A stretch of DNA of 64,000 bases from an uncultured Acidobacteriota bacterium (GTDB taxonomy: Bacteria > Acidobacteriota > Thermoanaerobaculia > Multivoradales > UBA5704): the NCBI GenBank assembly GCA_963700145.1, contig OY969474.1, positions 2,080,001 through 2,144,000 of the forward strand, in the 5' to 3' direction. How positions within the stretch are numbered: the stretch's first letter is position 1; the number at the start of each line of letters is the position of its first letter. The notes below the pieces were generated by a model. The model was not told the origin of the DNA. It searched no databases and was given only the letters and a program-made list of their open reading frames with translations. The translations under genes and the position numbers were made by a program. This document shows, piece after piece, positions 20,182 to 27,678 of the stretch.

Positions 20182-21792
20182 ATGCGGCGAAGCGCGCTGG
20201 CGGCGGCGGTCCTGGGGTGGGCAGGCTGGTTGGCGCTCGCGGCCGCACCGGCCGGCGCTGTCGTGTCGCCGGGGTTCAGCGACACCCTGGTGGCCAGCGT
20301 CGGCCTGCCGACCGCCCTCGCCTTCACGCCGGACGGCCGCCTCCTCATCACCACGCAGGGCGGCACGCTGCGCGTCTACCAGGCGGGCGCGCTGCTGCCG
20401 ACGCCGGCCCTGAGCTTCGCGGCCGACGAGATCTGCACCGACTCCGAGCAGGGCCTCCTCGGGGTGGCCGTGGACCCGGCCTTCGCGACGAACGAGTTTA
20501 TCTACCTCTTCTACACCGCCGAGGAGGCCCCGGACTGCATCAACCGCGTCTCCCGCTTCACCCTGCCTGCCGGCAACGTCATCGACCCGCTGACCGAGCT
20601 CCAGCTCATCAACCTCATCCCCTCGGTGACCCCCAATCACAACGGCGGCGACCTGCAGTTCGGCAAGGACGGCAACCTCTACGTCTCGGTCGGCGACGGC
20701 GGCTGCGACTACGCCCTCAACAGCGGCTGCGCCGGGTTCAACGACGCGTCGCGCGACGAGCACGCGCTGGTCGGCAAGGTCCTGCGCATCGCGCCGGACG
20801 GCTCGATCCCGGCCGACAACCCCTTCCAGGGGGCGGGGACGGCGCGCTGCAACGTCACCGGCCTGACCACCCCGGGGAACCGCTGCCAGGAGACCTTCGC
20901 CTGGGGCTTGCGCAACCCCTTCCGCCTGGGCTTCGACCCCAACGCCGCCGGCACCCGCTTCTTCATCAACGACGTCGGCCAGGGGTTCTGGGAGGAGATC
21001 GACCTCGGCCAGGCCGGCGCGGACTACGGCTGGAACTGCCGCGAGGGGGCGCACCCGAACGTCGAGATCCCGACCTGCTCGCCTCCGCCCAGCGTGGACC
21101 CGGTCTTCGAGTACGCGCACCAGCAGCAGATCCCGGGCACCAGCAGCCCCACCAACTGCACCTGCGTGAGCGGCGGCGCCTTCGTCCCCGACGGCCTGTG
21201 GCCGGGGTTCGACGGCGCCTACCTCTTCGGCGACTGCGTCTGCGGCGGCATGTTCAAGCTCACCCAGTCCGGGAGCGCCTTGGCCGCCTCGGACTTCGCC
21301 TGCGGTTTGGGGACCTTGGTGCACATGCAGTTCGGCCCGCACGGCTCGACCCAGGCGCTCTACTACACGACCTACGCCAGCGGCGGCCAGGTCCACCGCA
21401 TCGCGCGCGACGACCCGTACGACTTCTTCAGCCTCACCCCCTGCCGGCTGCTCGACACCCGCGACCCCGACGGCCCGAGCGGCGGCCCGGCCCTGCAGAA
21501 CGGCGTCACCCGGAACTTCCCGGCGGCGGGCCTCTGCGGCGTGCCGGCCACTGCCAAGGCGCTGGCGGTCAACGCGACCGTGATCTCGCCCGGCGGCTCG
21601 GGGTTCCTCAAGACCTACCCCACCGGCTGTCTCGTGCCGGCGACCAGCACCCTCAACTTCGGCACCGGCCAGACCCGCGCCAACAACGCCGTGCTCGCCC
21701 TCGGCACCGGCGGCCAGGTCGCGGTCCTCCCCAGCGTCACCGGGAGCGGCACCGCCCACCTGGCGCTCGACGTCGTCGGCTACTTCGAGTAG
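20182..21792 (+). CDS. Secreted PQQ-dependent glucose/sorbosone dehydrogenase family protein, copy 2
   Basis: Tandem paralogue of 18544-20157 with the same motifs. Confidence 0.9.
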   Translation: MRRSALAAAVLGWAGWLALAAAPAGAVVSPGFSDTLVASVGLPTALAFTPDGRLLITTQGGTLRVYQAGALLPTPALSFAADEICTDSEQGLLGVAVDPAFATNEFIYLFYTAEEAPDCINRVSRFTLPAGNVIDPLTELQLINLIPSVTPNHNGGDLQFGKDGNLYVSVGDGGCDYALNSGCAGFNDASRDEHALVGKVLRIAPDGSIPADNPFQGAGTARCNVTGLTTPGNRCQETFAWGLRNPFRLGFDPNAAGTRFFINDVGQGFWEEIDLGQAGADYGWNCREGAHPNVEIPTCSPPPSVDPVFEYAHQQQIPGTSSPTNCTCVSGGAFVPDGLWPGFDGAYLFGDCVCGGMFKLTQSGSALAASDFACGLGTLVHMQFGPHGSTQALYYTTYASGGQVHRIARDDPYDFFSLTPCRLLDTRDPDGPSGGPALQNGVTRNFPAAGLCGVPATAKALAVNATVISPGGSGFLKTYPTGCLVPATSTLNFGTGQTRANNAVLALGTGGQVAVLPSVTGSGTAHLALDVVGYFE

Positions 21793-23699
21793 ACGGCGGC
21801 CGCCGCCAGCCGCCGCCACGCCAGGGCCGCGAGCGCCAGGGCGAGCAGGAGCAGCGCCCACTCGCTGGCGGTCGGGATGATCGCCACCACCGCCTGCGCC
21901 GCGGCGAGCTGGCCGCGGATCGCGCCGCCCCCGCCGCCCTCCACCTCGCCGGCGTGGACCTCGACGTAGAGGAACCCGGCCGCGAACTCGGCGAGCAGGC
22001 GCGGCGTCATCGGCACGTCGCCCGAGAAGCCGTCGGCCGGGTCGGCGAAGCTGAAGACGAGCGGTCCGTTGAACCCCCGCGGCGCCTGGTGCAGGTGGGC
22101 GGCGTCCGTCCCCGGCAGGTCGTGCGTGCACTGCACCAGGAGCGCCGTCGCCGGGTCGTTGAGGTCGGTGAAGCAGCTGCCGGTCGCGGCGGTGCTCCCG
22201 GGGGGGACCACCTGGCCGCCTTCGAGCGGGAAGGTGAGGGAGTCGACGGTGCGCGGCAGGATTTGGCCGCGGATCTCGCCGTCCGGCCGGCCGCCGGTGT
22301 GGATGTTGACGTAGAGGTTGCCCGCCAGCAGGTCGGCGAGGTCGGCCGGCGTCATCCCCGTCCAGACGGCCTCGACCGGGCTCGTCGGATCGCCGAGGTC
22401 GAAGGCGATCGGGCCGTTGACCCCCGCCGCGGCGCGGTGGATGTGCATGATCGTGGGGCCCGATACGTCGTGGACGCAGAGGATCGCCAGCTCGCCGGCG
22501 CCGGCGTCGAAGCTCGCGAAGCAGCCGCCGGAGGCGGCGCTCGGCACCGGCGGCACCTCCTGCTCGCCGGAGAGGTGGAAGATGAAGATCTGGTCGGTCG
22601 GCGCCGACGCGAAGTTGCGGAAGGTGCAGGTCACCACCTCCCCGGCCGCGAGCCGGATCGCGGCGGTGCGGGCGAAGGGGTCGCCGGTGCTGTCGTCGTC
22701 CTCGCAGGTCACGTCGGCCAGCGTGAAGCCGCCGGGCGCGACGGCGGGATCGAGCTCGGTCACCGTCCAGGTGCCGGGGCCGACGTTGGCGAAGACCCGG
22801 GTCTCGCCGTCGGCGAGGGAGAAGGCGGCGGGCCCGCCCGGGACGTCGTCGGTGAAAGCGAAGCCGGCGCCGCCGGGCGGGGTCGTCTCCTTGACGATGC
22901 GGATCGTGCCGGTGGTCGGCAGCGCCGGCGGCTCGCCGATCTGGCCGCGGATGTCCAAGAGCGGCTCGCTCTCGTCGGCCGGCGGCTGGCCGTGGATCTC
23001 GACGTAGAGGAACGTCGCCGCGAACGCCGCCACCAGCTGCGGCGTCATCGGCACGCCGGCGGAGAGCGGGCTGGCCGGCGACGGGAAGGTGAAGACGACG
23101 GGGCCGTTCTGCCCCGCCGGCGCCTGGTGGACGTGGGCGCTGTCCGGCGACGGCACGTCGTGGGTGCACTGGACCAGGAGCGAGGTCGCGGGGCCGTCGA
23201 GATCGGCCGAGCAGCTGGCGGTCGAGGGCGAGCCGCTCGGCGGCACCAGCTGCGCGCCGTCGGCGGTGAAGGGGACGGTGTCGACGGTGCGCGGCAGGAT
23301 CTGGCCGCGGATCTCGCCGTCGGGCCGGCCGGCGGTGTGGATGTTGACGTAGAGATTGCCGTCCAGCAGGTCGTCGATGTCGGCCGCCGTCATGCCGGTC
23401 CAGGTGGCCTCGACCGGGCTCGCCGGGTCGCCGAGGTCGAAGACGATCGGGCCGATCGCCCCCGCCGGCGCGCGGTGGATGTGCATGATCGTCGCGTCGG
23501 TGACGTCGTGGACGCAGGTCAGATCGAATTCGCCGGCAAGCTGGTCGAGCACGCCGTGGCAGCCGCCGGAGTGGGCGCTCGCCACCGGCGGCACCTCCTG
23601 GTCGCCGCGCAGGTGGAAGACGAAGGTCTGGCCGGCCGCGGGGGCGGCGGCGAGGCCGAGGAGCAGGGCGAGACAGGAGAAGAGCGCACGCGGCGTCAT
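21780..23699 (-). CDS. Multi-CHRD domain surface protein with IPTL-CTERM sorting signal
   Basis: Signal peptide; four CHRD-like repeats (L.G.QEVPP...HIH...LYVNIHT...GEIRGQ); central beta-rich domain; C-terminal IPTASEWALLLL..WRR. Confidence 0.88.
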   Translation of the reverse strand: MTPRALFSCLALLLGLAAAPAAGQTFVFHLRGDQEVPPVASAHSGGCHGVLDQLAGEFDLTCVHDVTDATIMHIHRAPAGAIGPIVFDLGDPASPVEATWTGMTAADIDDLLDGNLYVNIHTAGRPDGEIRGQILPRTVDTVPFTADGAQLVPPSGSPSTASCSADLDGPATSLLVQCTHDVPSPDSAHVHQAPAGQNGPVVFTFPSPASPLSAGVPMTPQLVAAFAATFLYVEIHGQPPADESEPLLDIRGQIGEPPALPTTGTIRIVKETTPPGGAGFAFTDDVPGGPAAFSLADGETRVFANVGPGTWTVTELDPAVAPGGFTLADVTCEDDDSTGDPFARTAAIRLAAGEVVTCTFRNFASAPTDQIFIFHLSGEQEVPPVPSAASGGCFASFDAGAGELAILCVHDVSGPTIMHIHRAAAGVNGPIAFDLGDPTSPVEAVWTGMTPADLADLLAGNLYVNIHTGGRPDGEIRGQILPRTVDSLTFPLEGGQVVPPGSTAATGSCFTDLNDPATALLVQCTHDLPGTDAAHLHQAPRGFNGPLVFSFADPADGFSGDVPMTPRLLAEFAAGFLYVEVHAGEVEGGGGGAIRGQLAAAQAVVAIIPTASEWALLLLALALAALAWRRLAAAAVYSK

Positions 23700-23704
23700 G
23701 AGCC

Positions 23705-24784
23705 TCACCGCGCCAACTCCGCCAGCCACTCCTTGATCCCGGCGTCGAGGCGCCGGCGGTCGCGGTGGCGGTCGAGGGCGATCTGGACCAGGCGGTCCAC
23801 GAGCTTCGGCAGCGGCACGCCCGAGAGCTCCCAGAGGCGGGGGTACATCGAGATGGCGGTGAAGCCGGGGAGGGTGTTGATCTCGTTGACGAAGAGGCCG
23901 TCCTCGCCTTCGAGCAGGAAGTCGACGCGCGCCATGCCGCTGCCGCCGAGCGCCGCGAAGGCGGCGACCGCGAGCTCGCGCAGCCGCGCGCTCGTCGCCT
24001 CCGGCAGCTCGGCCGGGGCGATCAGGCGGGCGTTGTCCTCCAGGTACTTGTCGGCGTAGTCGTAGAACTCGCGGCCGGGGACGATCTCGCCGACGACCGA
24101 CGCCTCCAGCGTGCCGTAGCCGAGCACGGCGCACTCCAGCTCCCGGCCGACGACCCCGCGCTCGACGAGCACCGCGTCGTCGAAGCGCAGGGCGAAGCGC
24201 ACCGCCTCCTCGAGGTCTCGGTACCGCTCCACCTTGCGCACCCCGACGCTCGAGCCGCCGACGCTCGGCTTGACGAAGAGCGGCAGCGGCAGGCGTTCGA
24301 CGCGGGCGAGGAAGGCCGCCGGGGCGCGCTCGAAGTCGGCGCGGCTCGCGGCCTCGGAGTCCACCACCGGCACGCCGGCGGCGGCGAGTTGGCGCTTCGA
24401 GAGCAGCTTGTCCATCGCCAGCGCGCTGGTCGTCACCCCGGGGCCGGCGTAGGCGACGTCGAGCATCTCGCAGAGGCCCTGGAGCGTGCCGTCCTCCCCC
24501 CAGGTGCCGTGGACGATCGGGAAGAGCACCTCGACGCCGGAGGCCACGAGGTGGCGCAGCGTCGGCGCCACCGGCATGTCGAGCGGCTCGATGGCGCGCC
24601 CGTCGCCGCGCAGCACCTCGGCCGCCGCTTCCGGCGAGATCCAGCAGCCATCCTGGGCGATGCCGAGCGGCGTCACCTGGTGGCCGGCGTCGGTCAGGCC
24701 GCGCGCCACCGTCCGCGCCGAGACGATCGACACCTGGTGCTCGACGCTGCGTCCCCCGAAGACCACTCCGACGTGCGCCATCAA
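23705..24784 (-). CDS. ddl: D-alanine-D-alanine ligase
   Basis: FGGRSVEHQVS, HGTWGEDG, FYDYADKY, NEINTLPGFT. Confidence 0.97.
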   Translation of the reverse strand: MMAHVGVVFGGRSVEHQVSIVSARTVARGLTDAGHQVTPLGIAQDGCWISPEAAAEVLRGDGRAIEPLDMPVAPTLRHLVASGVEVLFPIVHGTWGEDGTLQGLCEMLDVAYAGPGVTTSALAMDKLLSKRQLAAAGVPVVDSEAASRADFERAPAAFLARVERLPLPLFVKPSVGGSSVGVRKVERYRDLEEAVRFALRFDDAVLVERGVVGRELECAVLGYGTLEASVVGEIVPGREFYDYADKYLEDNARLIAPAELPEATSARLRELAVAAFAALGGSGMARVDFLLEGEDGLFVNEINTLPGFTAISMYPRLWELSGVPLPKLVDRLVQIALDRHRDRRRLDAGIKEWLAELAR

Positions 24785-26391
24785 CGCCCCTTCCGCGCGG
24801 CCGGGCCGCGCCCCAGATCGACCAGTTGCACCCGCCGCACCTCCGGCAACGCCGCGAGCTTCGCCAGCACCTCGGGCCCCGGCTCCTGGTCGAGCCGCAG
24901 CACCGCCAGCGCCTCCCCCTCGGAGTCGCTGCGCGCGAGATGGATGTCGGCGATGTTGATCTGCGCCTCGCCGAGGAGCGTTCCCAGCCGGCCGACGACC
25001 CCCGGCACGTCGCGGTTCTCCAGCACCAGCAGGCGCCCCTCCGGTCGGAACTCCAGCCGGTAGCCGCCGAAGCGCACGACGCGCGGGTCGCGCTCGCCGA
25101 AGAGCGTCCCCTCGACCTCCACCCGCGCCCCGGCCGGCCCGGCCAGCGCCACCTTGACCAGGTGCGGGTAGTCGCCGGCCGCGCTGTGGTCCGAGCGCAC
25201 GATCTGCAGGCCCCGGCTCTCGGCGATGCGCTCGGCGTTGACGTAGTTGACCGTCTCGCCGAGGTGCGTCGCCAGCGCCCCCTTGACCACCGCCACGGCC
25301 ACCGGCCGGCGCACGCCGTCGTCGATGCCGGAGGTCTCGACCCGCAGCTCGTGCGGCGGCCCGGCGAGGAGGAGGGCGGCGAGCCGACCGAGCTGCTCGC
25401 CGAGCGCCAGGAACGGCTCGCCGTGCGCCCCCGCCGGGCGGAACGGCAGGTTCACCGCCGCCACCGCCAGCGAGCCGTCGAGCGCGGCGAGCACCATCTC
25501 GGCGGTCTCGGTGGCGATCCGCTCCTGCGCCTCCAGGGTCTGGGCGCCCAGGTGGGGCGTCGCCACCACCTTGGGGTGGCGGACCAGCGCCAGGTCCTTG
25601 GGCGGCTCCTCGGCGAAGACGTCGAGGGCGGCGCCCGCCAGGTGCCCGGAGTCGAGCAGCTCGAGGAGGGCCGCCTCGTCGACCAGCCCGCCGCGGGCGC
25701 AGTTGACCAGGAGCGCGCCGCGGCGCATCGCCTGGAGGCGCGGCCGGTCGAGCAGGTTGCGCGTCTGCTCGGTGAGCGGCACGTGGAGCGTCACGACGTC
25801 GGACGTCGCCAGGAGCTCCTCGAGCGGCAGCAGCTCGACGCGCAGGCGGGCGGCCGCCGCGGGGTCGAGGAACGGGTCGTGCGCCACGACCTCCATGCCG
25901 AAGGCGCGGGCGCGCTCGGCCACCTGCTGGCCGATGCGGCCGAAGCCGACGACGCCGAGCCGCTTGCCCTGCAGCTCCTGCCCCTGGAAGCGGCCGCGCT
26001 CCCAGCCGCCCCCCTTGAGCGAAGCGTCGGCCGCCGGCACGTTGCGGGCGAGGGCGAGGAGGAGAGCGAAGGTGTGCTCGGTCGCCGACAGCAGGTTCGC
26101 GGTCGGCGCGTTGACCACCAGCACGCCCATCTCGGTCGCCGCCTCGACGTCCACGTTGTCCACGCCGACGCCGGCGCGGCCGACGACGCGGAGCTTCTTG
26201 CCGGCGCGCAGGAGGTCGGCCGTGACCTTGGTCATGCTGCGCACCACGAGCGCATCGGCGTCGGCTAGAAGTTCCGGCAGGCGCGGCCGCTCGTCGGCGG
26301 CCAGCTCGTGCACCTCCGCGCCGCCGCGCCGGAGGATGGCGATCCCCGACGGCTGCAGCGGGTCGGCGACCAGGATCTTGGCGGCCGTCAC
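24781..26391 (-). CDS. serA: D-3-phosphoglycerate dehydrogenase (ASB plus ACT)
   Basis: GRAGVGVDNVD, GFGRIG, TPHLGAQT.EAQ, C-terminal ACT. Confidence 0.95.
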   Translation of the reverse strand: MTAAKILVADPLQPSGIAILRRGGAEVHELAADERPRLPELLADADALVVRSMTKVTADLLRAGKKLRVVGRAGVGVDNVDVEAATEMGVLVVNAPTANLLSATEHTFALLLALARNVPAADASLKGGGWERGRFQGQELQGKRLGVVGFGRIGQQVAERARAFGMEVVAHDPFLDPAAAARLRVELLPLEELLATSDVVTLHVPLTEQTRNLLDRPRLQAMRRGALLVNCARGGLVDEAALLELLDSGHLAGAALDVFAEEPPKDLALVRHPKVVATPHLGAQTLEAQERIATETAEMVLAALDGSLAVAAVNLPFRPAGAHGEPFLALGEQLGRLAALLLAGPPHELRVETSGIDDGVRRPVAVAVVKGALATHLGETVNYVNAERIAESRGLQIVRSDHSAAGDYPHLVKVALAGPAGARVEVEGTLFGERDPRVVRFGGYRLEFRPEGRLLVLENRDVPGVVGRLGTLLGEAQINIADIHLARSDSEGEALAVLRLDQEPGPEVLAKLAALPEVRRVQLVDLGRGPAARKGR

Positions 26392-27476
26392 GCGGCGCTC
26401 CGGCCGGCGGCCGTCAGCTCGTCGATGACGGTCAGCAGGTCGTCGAGGTCGCGCTCCCGTACCTCCCCCATGTGCCCGATACGGAAGGTCGTGGGCTTCC
26501 AGTCGCCGTAGCCGCCGCCGACCGTGAAGCCGCGCCCGGCGAGCGCCTTGACCAGCCCCGGCGCATCCACTCCGGCCGGGGGCTTGAGGCAGCTCACCGT
26601 CGGCGAGCGGGCATCGGGCGCGGTCGGGAAGGTGAAGCCGCGCTCGGCGGCCCACGCCGCGGTTCGCGCGGCGAGCCGGCGGTGGCGCTCCCAGCGCGCC
26701 TCCATCCCCTCGGCGAGGACGCGGTCGAGCTGGCGGTCGAGCGCGTAGTAGAGCGGGATCGCCGGCGTCGTGATCGCCCCGCCCTCGCGGTGCTTGTCGC
26801 GGTAGCGCAGCAGGTCGGTGTAGAAGCCCCGGTACGGCACCGCCGCGGCGCGCGCGGCGGCGCGGTCGGAGAGGGTAAAGAGCGTGAGACCGGGGGGAAG
26901 GGCCAAGGCTTTTTGCGTGCCGGCGAGGACGACGTCGAGGTACCAAGCGTCGGTCTCGACCGGCGCGCCGCCGAGCGAGGAGACCGTGTCCACGAGGACG
27001 AGGGCGTCGCTCTCTTCGTGGACGGCGCGAGCGATCTCCGCCAGCGGCGATAGCGCGCCCGTCGAGGTCTCGTTGTGAACGACGGTCACCGCCTCGTAGC
27101 GCTTGCGCCGAAGCGCCGCGCGCACGAGGTCGGGATCCACCGCCTCGCCGAACGGAAACGCCACCCGGTCGGCGCTCTTGCCCAGGGAGAGGCTGATCGC
27201 GTGCCAGCGCTCGGAGAAGGCGCCGTTGGTGAGGTTCAAGACCTCGGCGCGCACCGTCGAGGCGACGGCGGCCTCCATGATGAGCGTCGAGCTCCCGGTC
27301 GCGATCATCGCGTCCCCAGCGGTGCGGAACACCCGCGGTAGCCGCGCGGAGAGCGAGAGCGTGAAGTCCCGGAACCCGGCCGACCGGTGCCCCACCATCG
27401 GCCCCGTCATCGCAGCGCGCACCTCCTCCAGCACGTAGCTCGGGCCGGGGAGGAAGAAGCGGATCGGTTCGGTCAT
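26388..27476 (-). CDS. Class V PLP aminotransferase (serine-glyoxylate/phosphoserine type)
   Basis: LPGP, VHNETSTG, VDTVSS, GTQKALALPPG, FRIGHMG. Confidence 0.92.
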   Translation of the reverse strand: MTEPIRFFLPGPSYVLEEVRAAMTGPMVGHRSAGFRDFTLSLSARLPRVFRTAGDAMIATGSSTLIMEAAVASTVRAEVLNLTNGAFSERWHAISLSLGKSADRVAFPFGEAVDPDLVRAALRRKRYEAVTVVHNETSTGALSPLAEIARAVHEESDALVLVDTVSSLGGAPVETDAWYLDVVLAGTQKALALPPGLTLFTLSDRAAARAAAVPYRGFYTDLLRYRDKHREGGAITTPAIPLYYALDRQLDRVLAEGMEARWERHRRLAARTAAWAAERGFTFPTAPDARSPTVSCLKPPAGVDAPGLVKALAGRGFTVGGGYGDWKPTTFRIGHMGEVRERDLDDLLTVIDELTAAGRSAA

Positions 27477-27543
27477 AAGGGGAGCCCGCAAGCGCAAGAA
27501 GAGTGCCCGCGCGGCGGGGAGGGGCATCTTAGCGTGGCGCTAA

Positions 27544-27604
27544 GGCGGAGGCCACGCCCTCATCGGCGGGAGCCACGCCCCCTCGGCGGAAAACCACGCC
27601 CTCC
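27544..27604. repeat. Three-copy 21-bp tandem repeat
   Basis: CCACGCCC at 27552, 27573 and 27594. Confidence 0.7.
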
Positions 27605-27605
27605 T

Positions 27606-27640
27606 TGTCATCCCGAGCGAAAGCGAGGGATCTGGGCGGG
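27606..27640. repeat. GTCATCC(C/T)GAGC...GGATCT REP-like half element
   Basis: Matches elements at 37509, 43897 and 47651. Confidence 0.8.
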
Positions 27641-27678
27641 GGGCGGCGTGGCAGCCGCTGGCCGGAGCCGGCGGCGAG

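Noticed and set aside
18505-24059. Very long ORFs of 1554 aa (-) and 1498 aa (+)
   Set aside because: Shadow frames of real genes; high GC content makes stop codons scarce.
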